This document shows positions 38,221 through 52,565 of a stretch of DNA of 64,000 bases, in pieces. The notes beneath the pieces were generated by a model. It was not told the DNA's origin. It saw only the letters and a list, made by a program, of their open reading frames with translations, and ran no database searches. The translations under genes were made by a program, and so were the position numbers. Origin of the DNA: an uncultured delta proteobacterium (GTDB lineage Bacteria; Myxococcota_A; Polyangia; Palsa-1104); the NCBI GenBank assembly GCA_963785725.1, contig CAWAWS010000004.1:128001-192000 (forward strand), read 5' to 3'. Position 1 is the first letter of the stretch, and each line of letters opens with the position of its first letter.

Positions 38221-38227
38221 CCCGCGC

Positions 38228-38848
38228 ATGACCGCCAATCGTCCGCCGCGCGACATCACGCCGGCCGGCTTCTTCAGTGACTGGCTGCCGCGCGAGTTCG
38301 CGGCCGAGTTCGGCGCCGGCAAGCGCGCCGCCGCCGACATTACCGTCGCCGTGAAGCTCGAAGGCGAGGGCGGCGGCGAGTTCATCCTCGACGTCAAAGG
38401 CGGCACGCTGTCGGACCGGAAGCCGGGCTCGCCGGGGCCGGCGCCGATGGTGAGCATGACGCAGTCGGTGGCCGATTGGCGCGCGCTGGCCGTTGGTGAA
38501 GATGGCGCGAACGTCGACCTGGCGCCGCCGCAAGCGTCGCCGCTCGATGTGCTGTTCGTCGATCCGCAGTCGCGGCAGCTGATGAACGCCATCAAAGGGC
38601 TGGTGCGCTTCGAGGTGCACGGCTATCACGGGCGCACCTGGGCGATGGAAGTGAAGTTCGGCACGCAGGCCGAGGGCGACGAGCCGGACGCGACGATCTC
38701 CGTCGACGCCGTGACGTACGCGGCGATTCTGGCGCGCAAGATGGCGCCGCCCGAGGCCTACTTCAGCGGCAAGATTCAGATGCGCGGCAACACGTCGCTG
38801 GCGATGCAGCTGGCGATGGGCATGCTGCCGCGCTTCACGCAGAAGTAA
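38228..38848 (+). CDS. SCP2 sterol/lipid-binding domain protein (apparently tandem SCP2-like folds)
   Basis: GEGGGEFILDV; PDATISV...AYFSGKIQMRGNTSLAMQL. Confidence 0.75.
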   Translation: MTANRPPRDITPAGFFSDWLPREFAAEFGAGKRAAADITVAVKLEGEGGGEFILDVKGGTLSDRKPGSPGPAPMVSMTQSVADWRALAVGEDGANVDLAPPQASPLDVLFVDPQSRQLMNAIKGLVRFEVHGYHGRTWAMEVKFGTQAEGDEPDATISVDAVTYAAILARKMAPPEAYFSGKIQMRGNTSLAMQLAMGMLPRFTQK

Positions 38849-38860
38849 ACAGCGGGTTAC

Positions 38861-41296
38861 TTAGGCCAGCGCGATGACGGTGACGCCGTCGCCGCCCTCT
38901 TCGGGCGTGGCCGGGCGGACTTCGGAGACGCCGGGGAACGCGCCCAGCTGTTTGCGCAGCGCTTCGCGCAAGGCGCCGGTGCCGTGGCCGTGGATGACGA
39001 AGACGGCCTCTTGTCCCGTGCGCAGCGCGTCGTCGAGGAACTTCTCGGCCAGGCCGACGGCGGCGTCGACGCGCTCGCCGCGCAGGTCGAGCGTGTTGTA
39101 GCCGCCGCGCACGACCGCCTTGGGCGGCGGCGGTGCTTCGAACGCGTTGTGACCGCGTTGCGCGCGCGCCGTCTTCTCGGTCTTCGTCTTGACAATCGTC
39201 AGCTCGTCGAGGCCGACGTTGAGCTTGAGCGGCCCCGCCTGCACGGCGACCGATTTGCCCTTCGGCGGCCCCAGCACCGTCGCGCGACCGTTGATGCGGC
39301 GCACCCACACTTCGACGCCGGCGCGCAGATCGTCGACGGTGGCGGGGCGACCGGGCGGCGCTTCCGGCTGCGGCGCGCGCTCGTGGACCTGCTTCGCCGC
39401 TTCGGCGATCTGCTTCTTCGCCTCCTGCACGTTCGCCGCCGTGACTTGGCCGCCGGCGCGGCGCAACACCGTCGCCGTGCGGTCGAGCTCGGCGCGCGCT
39501 TTGCGCAGCGTATCGACGGCTTCATCGTGCGCGCCGCGCCGCGCCTTTTCCAGCTGCTCCTTGGCGAGGTTGGCGCGCGTCTCGGCGGCTTGGGTTTGGC
39601 GCGCGGCCTCCTGCCGCTCTTCTTCGGTCGCCAAACGCTCGGCGTAGATGCGCTGGCGCTCGCCCTCCAAGTCCATCAGCAGCTGCTCGAGGCTCGCTTG
39701 ACCGGTGCCCGCCAGCGCCGTCGCGCGCGTGCAGATGGCATCGCCGACGCCGAGCCGGCGCGCGACGTGGATCGCGCCCGACGCGCCGGGCACGCCGAGA
39801 TGCAGCTGATAGGTCGGCAGCATGCGCTCCAAGTCGAAGCCCACCGACGCGTTGACGAAGCGATGATCGGACGTCGGCAGCGCCTTCAATCGATCGTAGT
39901 GCGTCGTCGTCACGCCGCTGGCGCCCTTGTCGGCCAGCGCTTCCAGCACCGCTTGCGCGAGCGCGGCGCCTTCGGTCGGGTCGGTGCCGCCGCAGACTTC
40001 GTCGAGCAGGACGAGCACGTTGGGGCCGGCGTCGTCGAGGAACGTGTGGAGCGCCAGCACGTGCGCCGAGAACGTCGACAGATCGCGCTCGATGCTTTGA
40101 TCGTCGCCGATGTCGGACAAGATCGTCGTGAACCAAGGGATGCGCGAGCCCTCTTGCGCCGGAATGTGCAGGCCGGCGCGCGCCATCAACGTCAACAGGC
40201 CCGCGAGCTTGAGCGCGACCGTCTTGCCGCCCGCGTTCGGGCCCGACACGATGAGCGTGTGGCCGACGGCGACGACCACGTCGTTGGGGATGATGACGCG
40301 CGGCTCGGGCCGGCCGAGCTCGGCGATCACCATCATCGGATGGCGCGCGCGACGCAGGTCGAGCTTGGCGCTCGGCGTGACCGGCTCGAGATCGGGCGGC
40401 GTGGCGCGCAGATCAATCGACAGGCGCGCCGAGGCGTCGACGAGATCGAGCACCGACAAGACCTCGAGGTTCGTCTGGATTCGCGGCAGCGCTTCTTGCA
40501 CGAGCAGCGACAGCTCGGCCAAGATGCGCCGCTCCTCCTCGGCCACTTCCAGCTCGGCCAGCTTCAGCCGATTGTTGAGATCGACGACGTCTTCGGGCTC
40601 GACGAACACCGTTTGTCCCGACTGCGACGTGCCGTGGACGATGCCGCGCACCTTCGAGCGCGCGTCGACGCGAATGGGCACGACGTAGCGATCTTCGCGC
40701 TGGGTGAAGAAGCGATCCTGCAGGTGCGGCGCGACGTGGGTGCCGTCGAGCAGCCGCTCGAGCTTGCGCTCCAGCTCCTCGCGAATGCGCAGCGCGTTGC
40801 GACGCAGGCCGCCGAGCGCCGGCGACGCCCGATCGCGCAGGCGGACGCGGCCTTCGCCCTCTTCGAACGAGTCGCCGATGCTGCTGGAGACGTCGTCGAG
40901 GTCGCTGATGAGCGCGGCGCGGCCGGTCAGGCGCGGCGCGTTGCCGTGACGACCGAGGTGGCGGCGGATCTTGGCGCCGGCGAGCAGCGTCTGCGCCACG
41001 TCGCGCAGCGACTGCGGATCGAGCGCGCCCGACTTGGCCGAGCGCTGCAAGGCCTCGTCGATGTTGCGCACGGCCCAATCGGGACCGCTGAACGGCAGCG
41101 GCTCACCGACGTCACGTAGGGCGCGCGCCTCGGACACCTCTTCGTGCCGCGCGCGCGCGTCCTCGAGCCGATCGTAGAGCGCGAGCGTGCGCGCCAGCTC
41201 GGCGCCGCGTCCGCTCACGCAACGCCGTTCGAGCTCCTGCAGGAGGCGGATCCAGCCGAGGTCCGCCGCGGTCTTGTCGGGCACGCCGTTCGCCAT
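38861..41296 (-). CDS. mutS2: MutS2 with C-terminal Smr domain
   Basis: GIVHGTSQSGQTVFVEP, SGPNAGGKT, DIGDDQSI..DLSTFS, LLDE..GGTDP, TTHY, LDLRG...IHGHGTGALR, GGDGVT. Confidence 0.95.
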   Translation of the reverse strand: MANGVPDKTAADLGWIRLLQELERRCVSGRGAELARTLALYDRLEDARARHEEVSEARALRDVGEPLPFSGPDWAVRNIDEALQRSAKSGALDPQSLRDVAQTLLAGAKIRRHLGRHGNAPRLTGRAALISDLDDVSSSIGDSFEEGEGRVRLRDRASPALGGLRRNALRIREELERKLERLLDGTHVAPHLQDRFFTQREDRYVVPIRVDARSKVRGIVHGTSQSGQTVFVEPEDVVDLNNRLKLAELEVAEEERRILAELSLLVQEALPRIQTNLEVLSVLDLVDASARLSIDLRATPPDLEPVTPSAKLDLRRARHPMMVIAELGRPEPRVIIPNDVVVAVGHTLIVSGPNAGGKTVALKLAGLLTLMARAGLHIPAQEGSRIPWFTTILSDIGDDQSIERDLSTFSAHVLALHTFLDDAGPNVLVLLDEVCGGTDPTEGAALAQAVLEALADKGASGVTTTHYDRLKALPTSDHRFVNASVGFDLERMLPTYQLHLGVPGASGAIHVARRLGVGDAICTRATALAGTGQASLEQLLMDLEGERQRIYAERLATEEERQEAARQTQAAETRANLAKEQLEKARRGAHDEAVDTLRKARAELDRTATVLRRAGGQVTAANVQEAKKQIAEAAKQVHERAPQPEAPPGRPATVDDLRAGVEVWVRRINGRATVLGPPKGKSVAVQAGPLKLNVGLDELTIVKTKTEKTARAQRGHNAFEAPPPPKAVVRGGYNTLDLRGERVDAAVGLAEKFLDDALRTGQEAVFVIHGHGTGALREALRKQLGAFPGVSEVRPATPEEGGDGVTVIALA

Positions 41297-41360
41297 GGGC
41301 GATAGCGTGTAGCGCAAATCGGCCGCGAATGCGAACGCCGCTGCCTGACTTGGGGGCGCG

Positions 41361-41479
41361 CGTGGGTGCGGAGCGCGTGCGGCCGGAATAAACCTCCCAC
41401 CGGCGTGGCTCGCTCCCACGATGGCCGATTCCGACGGAGCGGGCTCGCGCGCGTCCACCGGACGCTCGCGCGAGCCCGC
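41361..41479. other. Two adjacent stem-loops in the kinase-mutS2 intergenic region
   Basis: Imperfect hairpin 41361-41420; GCGGGCTCGCGCG/CGCGCGAGCCCGC 13-bp arms plus inner CGTCC/GGACG at 41439-41479. Confidence 0.55.
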
Positions 41480-41601
41480 CATGCCGGCCAGAGTCAGCGA
41501 CCGCTCGTGACCACTTCGTCGTCGGCCGAATCAATCGTCCCGCCGGAATCGACCGTCAATCTGCTCCGGAATCCGCGCCCGCCGCCGCCTTCGCGCCGAC
41601 G

Positions 41602-44991
<3,390 letters not shown>

Positions 44992-45042
44992 GGCGAGGGC
45001 GTCGAACGAGCATACCACGTAATGGGCGCTGGGCCCGCCGAA

Positions 45043-45312
45043 TCAGTCGTGGTCGGCGAAGTCGGACGGCGGTGCGACCATGTCGGCGGACGTGGCCGAC
45101 AGATCGAGCGGCGCGGCGGCGGCGTCCGAGAAGCCGCAGGTGTCGCTGTTGCCGATCAAGTGACAGTAGTTGTCGGCGCGGCACTCGTAATCGTCGGGGC
45201 AGGCGGGTGCGGTGCCCGAGCAGACGAACGAGCATGACGGCTTGTCGGGATTGAAGCAGCCGGTGAAACCGAAGAGCCCGCAGACGATCGTGGCGAGGAC
45301 GATACGGCGCAT
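45043..45312 (-). CDS. Small Cys-rich lipoprotein
   Basis: Lipobox FTGC, six further Cys, DL/DM-containing acidic tail. Confidence 0.8.
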   Translation of the reverse strand: MRRIVLATIVCGLFGFTGCFNPDKPSCSFVCSGTAPACPDDYECRADNYCHLIGNSDTCGFSDAAAAPLDLSATSADMVAPPSDFADHD

Positions 45313-46394
45313 CAGAAGCTACCTTGCAGCGAGAGGCCGGCCGAATTCGGGCCGACGGCGGGTGCGAAGCGCAGCGCGGTCGCGGTCTTCTTTTCGGGCG
45401 GCCGCTTGGCGTCGACGACGAACAGGACGACGGTGGCGACGGCCGAAGCCGCCGACGCCGAGAAGAACGCGATGCCGAGGCCGTTGTAGAGGTTGCCGTC
45501 GCTCTTGAGCTGGTTGAGCGTCGAGTTCGTGGCCGACGTGAACTGATTGGGCTGTCCCGACGTGCTGACGAACGACAGCTGCCGCGTAATCTCGTCGGCG
45601 CGCGACTGCGCGGCCAGGCCGAACACGGCGCCGGCCGTCAACAGCGCCAGCGTCGAGGCCACGCCAATCCAAGCGGCGACGCGCAGACGGGTGGGCGGAC
45701 CTTCGTCGATGAGGCCGGGCACGGTCGTCGGCGGCGGCCCCGGCTCGATCGATTTCTCGGGCGCGGACGGATGCGCGGCGCGCTCGGGCGTCGGCGTCGT
45801 CGGTGGCGCCATCGTCGTCGGCGGCAGCGCGCTCGTGTTCGGCTCCGTCGATTCCGGCACCGAGCTCGGCGCCGGCGCCGGCGTCGGCGTCGGCGCGGCC
45901 GAGCCGGTCGTCTCGCTCGTCGTCGGCGCGGTCGGCGAAGGCGTGGCCGGCGCGGCCGGCGAAGGCGTGGCCGGCGCGCTCGGCGTCGCTGCCGCAATCG
46001 GCGCCGTCGTCGCCGCCGCGGCCGGCTTGTCATCCGGCGCCGACTGATCGACGAGCCGCAGATGCTTGGCTTCGATCGCGCGAATCCGCTTTTGCACGTC
46101 GGGCTTGTCGGCGGCCTGCGGCTGATCCTTCAAGTACTGCTTGTAGCTCGCCACCGCTTTGGCGCCGTCGCCGGCCTTCTCGTACGACTCGCCGATGTTG
46201 AACAGCACGACCGGATCTTTGCTGATGGCGTAGGCGGCTTCGAACTCGCCGGCTGCGGTCTTGAATTTGCGCGCGCCGAACGCTTCTTGCGCGGCCGAAA
46301 AGTGCTTTCCGGCGGCCTCGAAATCTTGCGCGTGCGCGACCGCGGCGAAGGCCGTCACCGTCGCTAACACGAGCGAAAAAAGTACGGTACGCAT
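45312..46394 (-). CDS. Secreted TPR protein with Pro/Thr linker and C-terminal hydrophobic segments
   Basis: Signal peptide, AGKHF..AQEAF / VLFNIGESYE TPRs, two hydrophobic helices, ends AGLSLQGSF. Confidence 0.85.
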   Translation of the reverse strand: MRTVLFSLVLATVTAFAAVAHAQDFEAAGKHFSAAQEAFGARKFKTAAGEFEAAYAISKDPVVLFNIGESYEKAGDGAKAVASYKQYLKDQPQAADKPDVQKRIRAIEAKHLRLVDQSAPDDKPAAAATTAPIAAATPSAPATPSPAAPATPSPTAPTTSETTGSAAPTPTPAPAPSSVPESTEPNTSALPPTTMAPPTTPTPERAAHPSAPEKSIEPGPPPTTVPGLIDEGPPTRLRVAAWIGVASTLALLTAGAVFGLAAQSRADEITRQLSFVSTSGQPNQFTSATNSTLNQLKSDGNLYNGLGIAFFSASAASAVATVVLFVVDAKRPPEKKTATALRFAPAVGPNSAGLSLQGSF

Positions 46395-46440
46395 TTGAAA
46401 GCGCATCTTACATGACTCCGCATATACTGCCAGCCCGCGC

Positions 46441-48517
<2,077 letters not shown>

Positions 48518-48534
48518 GCTCGCCGTAGCGCGTA

Positions 48535-48540
48535 TATAAT
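48535..48540 (+). promoter_or_regulatory. -10 box of a probably leaderless transcript
   Basis: Exact TATAAT, 6 nt before GTG 48547. Confidence 0.55.
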
Positions 48541-48546
48541 CGTCGC

Positions 48547-49110
48547 GTGCGGTTCCTGTTGCTGGTGGTGGGGTGGTTGCAGGTGGCGGCCGGGCTTCGC
48601 GATCGAATATCGTGGGCTATCGCAACCGCTACATCCATCGCGAATACGGCAAACGCGACCGGCCTCAAGGCCGAGGGCGTCCGTCTACGCTCGGGCTCGA
48701 CTGGCTGACGTTCCTCTTCTGCACGCCGCTCGGCTGGTTGTCGCTGTGGCTGCTCGGTGAAGGGCTGTTGCGCGTCCTGTCGTCGGGCATGGATCAGCCC
48801 TTCTCGACGCTGCCGATCGTGCTCTATCGCTTCGCACGCAAGCACGCGCGGCGTCCGCCGCCGCCACCGCCGCGCGACATTTTGCGCCGTGAAGGCGACG
48901 CCATCGTCATCGACAGCGCGCGCGACTACGGCTGGGATTCGCTGGCGACGATCGAGATCGACGGCGCGCTGTACACGCGTCGAATACGAGCCGCCCGCGC
49001 CGCCGCCGATTCGCGCGTTTCGCTATCGACTGACGCCGATCGCGCCCAACCACGTCATCCGCGTCGTGACGCGCTATGCGATCGAGAATTCGGAGGCGAG
49101 CAAGCCGTAG
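48547..49110 (+). CDS. Hypothetical membrane protein, apparently frameshifted (~48595, ~48980)
   Basis: Hydrophobic start VRFLLLVVGWL, second TM WLTFLFCTPLGWLSLWLL; plausible C-terminus in ORF 48757..49110. Confidence 0.4.
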
Positions 49111-49643
49111 ATGAGCGTATCGCCGTAATTGCGGCCGTCGAAGTAGGACTGGCGCGTGCAGCCTTCGCGGCGAAAGCCGACGCGCTCGAGCGTGCGCGCC
49201 GAGGCGGCGTTGCCGGCGTCGACCTGCGCTTCGACGCTGTTGAGGCCGAGCGTCACGAAGCCGAAGCGCACGGCGGCGGTCAGCGCCTCGACGCCGAGCC
49301 CGCGCCGCCACTGATCGCGGCGCAGGATGAAGCCGATTTCCGAGCGTGAATGGGTGCGCTGCCACTGCCAATGGCCGATCTTGCCGATGGCGACGTCGGA
49401 GTCGGCGCTGGTGATGACCCACTCGATGCCGACGTTGGCGATGTTGCGCGCGATGATCTCGCCCACCATCTTCGCGGTCACGGCCAGCGACGCGTGCGGC
49501 GGCGTCGACCAATAGCGCATCGTCGCCTCGTCGCCGAAGACGTCGAACAGCGCGACCGCATCCTCGGTGCGCAGCGCGCGTAAACGCAGGCGCGGCGTCG
49601 TCAACGTCGGCGGCGCCGGCGGTAAGGTCGCCGGGTCAATCAT
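49074..49643 (-). CDS. GNAT acetyltransferase, RimJ/RimL-like
   Basis: LTTPRLRLR, SEIGFIL...WRRGLG, NAASARTLERVGFRREG. Confidence 0.9.
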   Translation of the reverse strand: MIDPATLPPAPPTLTTPRLRLRALRTEDAVALFDVFGDEATMRYWSTPPHASLAVTAKMVGEIIARNIANVGIEWVITSADSDVAIGKIGHWQWQRTHSRSEIGFILRRDQWRRGLGVEALTAAVRFGFVTLGLNSVEAQVDAGNAASARTLERVGFRREGCTRQSYFDGRNYGDTLIYGLLASEFSIA

Positions 49644-49697
49644 CGAAGGACCTGAGAAAAGCACGAGCGGTGGAAGAAAGCGCGGAGAACTGCGTTC

Positions 49698-49988
49698 TTA
49701 GTGCTTGTGGGCCTTGTCGACCTTTTGCACTTCCGCTTCCACCGTCTTCAAGTTGCGCTCGAGGGTGCGGATGGTGTCCTTCAAGTCGCGCACTTCTTGC
49801 CGCGTCGCCAGCTTGAACGTCTTGGCCAGCGACTGCACGCTCGAATCGAACGACGCCTGCGCCTTGCCGCGCAGCTCGAACCCCTTCATGACGACGTTCA
49901 TCACCTTCGGGCTCGACATCAGCTTCATCACGCGCGGATCGCTCATCAGCCGCATCCCGCGCTCCATCACCGTCTTCTTGATGCTCAT
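49698..49988 (-). CDS. Small basic coiled-coil hypothetical protein
   Basis: Clean ORF with host-like codon use; LATRQEVRDL..IRTLE tail. Confidence 0.7.
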   Translation of the reverse strand: MSIKKTVMERGMRLMSDPRVMKLMSSPKVMNVVMKGFELRGKAQASFDSSVQSLAKTFKLATRQEVRDLKDTIRTLERNLKTVEAEVQKVDKAHKH

Positions 49989-50128
49989 CTTCGCTCGGGC
50001 CTCCAACTTGGCGAAGAGATGTCACGCTTGACCGCCTGTGTCAAACGGCGCCGCCCAGCCGCTCGTGGTGCGGTCGCTTGTCGCCTTCGTCCTTCATTTT
50101 CGCTAGGCTAGCCGTCGTAAGGAGATCC

Positions 50129-50407
50129 ATGCGCGCGCTTATCATCACCTTCGCTTTCGCTTCGTTGCTCGCCGGCTGCGGCACCTCGCAGGACGTCATC
50201 GCGTGCGGCGCGTGCAACAGCTTCGCCGACAAGCACGGCGTCGCCGCCGCCTGCTGCGGTCGCGGCTGCGTCATCCAAGACAAGAGCTGCCCGAGCGGCT
50301 ATCACTACGTCGCCGGCGACGGCACCTCGTTCGCCGAGTGCGCGCCCGCCGACGAGTGCTACCAACCGGACGCCGCCGTCACCATCGACATGTCGCAGCA
50401 AGACTGA
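50129..50407 (+). CDS. Small Cys-rich lipoprotein
   Basis: AAGGAGA RBS, lipobox LAGC, eight further Cys, tail PDAAVTIDMSQQD. Confidence 0.8.
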   Translation: MRALIITFAFASLLAGCGTSQDVIACGACNSFADKHGVAAACCGRGCVIQDKSCPSGYHYVAGDGTSFAECAPADECYQPDAAVTIDMSQQD

Positions 50408-50479
50408 CGCGCCGCCAACGCGAGCGGAGATCGTCCGCGGCGACGGGCCGATAGGTGCATAATGTGCTAGGAAAAGCGC

Positions 50480-50983
50480 GTGGCAGCCAGCGACCACAAG
50501 CAGCACGCAGCAGCGTCGGTTCGCGTCTTCGTCGTCACCGTCTCCGATTCGCGCACCGAGGAGACCGACACGTCGGGGCGGGCCGCGCGGACGCTCGTCG
50601 AAGCGGCGGGCCACGTCGTCGCCGGCTATCGCATCCTCAAAGACGAGCCCCATGAAGTGGCCGCGCTCATTCGCCGCATCGCCGACGAGCGCATCGCCGA
50701 CGTCGTCATCACGTCGGGCGGCACCGGCATCACGACGCGCGACTCGACGTACGAAGCCGTCAGCTCGCTGCTCGACAAGCAGCTCGACGGCTTCGGCGAG
50801 ATCTTCCGCATGCTGTCGTTCGCCGAAATCGGCAGCGCGGCGATGATGTCGCGCGCCGTCGCCGGCGTGCACAAGGGCGTGGCCGTGTTCGCGACGCCGG
50901 GCTCGACCGGCGCCGTCACGCTGGCGCTCGAGAAGCTCATCATCCCCGAGCTCGGCCACCTCGTGTTCGAGACCCACCGATGA
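50480..50983 (+). CDS. moaB: Molybdenum cofactor biosynthesis protein MoaB/MogA
   Basis: TVSDSR..TDTSG, ITSGGTG...RD, GFGEIFR, AMMSRA, PGS. Confidence 0.9.
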   Translation: MAASDHKQHAAASVRVFVVTVSDSRTEETDTSGRAARTLVEAAGHVVAGYRILKDEPHEVAALIRRIADERIADVVITSGGTGITTRDSTYEAVSSLLDKQLDGFGEIFRMLSFAEIGSAAMMSRAVAGVHKGVAVFATPGSTGAVTLALEKLIIPELGHLVFETHR

Positions 50984-52017
50984 TGCCGCGCCGCACGCTG
51001 CCGCTGTTGCCGTCGGTGTTGAGCGACAGCTTTGCGCGGCGCGTGACCTATCTGCGCGTGTCGCTCACCGATCGCTGTAACTATCGCTGCGTCTACTGCA
51101 TGCCGGAAGCGGGCGTCGATCTGGTGCCGCGCGCCGACGTGCTGTCGTTCGAGGAGATCGAGCGGCTCGTGCGCGTCATGATGGGCTTCGGCGTGCGCCG
51201 CGTGCGCTTGACGGGCGGCGAGCCGACCGTACGCAAAGACCTGGTGCAGCTGGTGACGCGCTTGGGCGCGCTCGGTCTCGACGACCTGGCGATGACGACG
51301 AACGGCGATCGCCTGGCCGAGCTGGCCGCGCCGCTGCGCGCCGCCGGCTTGTCGCGCCTCAACGTCTCCATCGATACGCTCGACGCCGACAAGTTTCGCG
51401 CGGTCACGCGCCGCGGCGAGCTGGCGCGCGTGCTCGCCGGCGTCGCCGCCGCGCGCGCCGCCGGCTTTACGGGCACGAAGATCAACGCCGTCGTCATGGG
51501 CGGCGTCAACGACGACGAGCTGCCGCGATTGTGCGACTGGGCCTGGCGCAACGGCGTCGTGCCGCGCTTGATCGAGTCGATGCCGATGTCCGACGGCGCG
51601 CTGTTCCACGGCGGCGCCAGCTTCGTCTCGGCCGCGCACATGCGGGCGCGACTAGAGGCTGCCTTTGGTCCGCTCGCCGCCGACGACGGTGAAGGCGTGC
51701 CCGGCGTCGGCCCGGCGCGCTACCTGCGCGTGACGTCCGGCGTTCACCGCGGCGCACGGGTCGGCATCATATCGGCGGTCAGCGAGCCCTTCTGCGACAC
51801 CTGCAACCGCGTGCGTTTGAGCGCCACCGGCCAATTGCACACCTGCCTCGCCATCGATGACGACTCCGACTTGCGCACACCTTTACGCGCCGGCGCGACT
51901 GACGAGGAGCTGGCACGAAAGGTGCTCACTGCCGTCTCCGCGAAACAGGAGGGCCATCGCTTCACCCCATGCGGCGCGGGCGGTCCGCGCAAACACATGG
52001 TAGCGATCGGGGGCTAG
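50980..52017 (+). CDS. moaA: GTP 3',8-cyclase MoaA (radical SAM)
   Basis: YLRVSLTDRCNYRCVYCMP, TGGEP, FCDTCNRVRL...C, C-terminal IGG. Confidence 0.96.
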   Translation: MMPRRTLPLLPSVLSDSFARRVTYLRVSLTDRCNYRCVYCMPEAGVDLVPRADVLSFEEIERLVRVMMGFGVRRVRLTGGEPTVRKDLVQLVTRLGALGLDDLAMTTNGDRLAELAAPLRAAGLSRLNVSIDTLDADKFRAVTRRGELARVLAGVAAARAAGFTGTKINAVVMGGVNDDELPRLCDWAWRNGVVPRLIESMPMSDGALFHGGASFVSAAHMRARLEAAFGPLAADDGEGVPGVGPARYLRVTSGVHRGARVGIISAVSEPFCDTCNRVRLSATGQLHTCLAIDDDSDLRTPLRAGATDEELARKVLTAVSAKQEGHRFTPCGAGGPRKHMVAIGG

Positions 52018-52082
52018 TCCCCCGAAATTGGGGTAAAATGGCCCCAACCACGAGACCCCTCACGTGAACGTAGCGAGGCAAC

Positions 52083-52565
52083 ATGTCACGCCAGAAGCGT
52101 AAGATCATCAGCGGCCTGGTCACGCTCGGCCTGATCATCGGCGGCATCACCTATTTGTTCTACTCGTCGGCGGGCGAAGCGTTCGAGTACTACAAGCACG
52201 TCGACGAGATCATGGCCAACCCGAGCCAGTGGTCGCACAAGCACGTGCAAATGCATGGCTTCGTGCAGCCTGGATCGATCAAGAAGCGCTTCGACAAAGA
52301 GCATCAGACGATCGAGTACAAGTTCCAGGTCGTCAACTGCGGCGCCGAGATGGAGGCACGCTATTCGGGCACTGTGCCTGACACATTCAAGGATCGCGCG
52401 GAGGTCGTGTTGAAGGGCAAGCTCGCCGACGGCCGCTTCGACGCGCGCGAAATCAGCGCCAAATGCCCGTCGAAGTATTCGGCGCGGCCGGATGGCCCGG
52501 CGGCGACGCTGTGCACGAAGGGCGACAAGAACATCGAGACCGCGCAAGCGCCGGCGGCGCAATAA
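52083..52565 (+). CDS. ccmE: Heme chaperone CcmE, CxxxY variant
   Basis: N-terminal TM, G.V.PGSI, YSG..PDTF, AKCPSKY. Confidence 0.92.
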   Translation: MSRQKRKIISGLVTLGLIIGGITYLFYSSAGEAFEYYKHVDEIMANPSQWSHKHVQMHGFVQPGSIKKRFDKEHQTIEYKFQVVNCGAEMEARYSGTVPDTFKDRAEVVLKGKLADGRFDAREISAKCPSKYSARPDGPAATLCTKGDKNIETAQAPAAQ

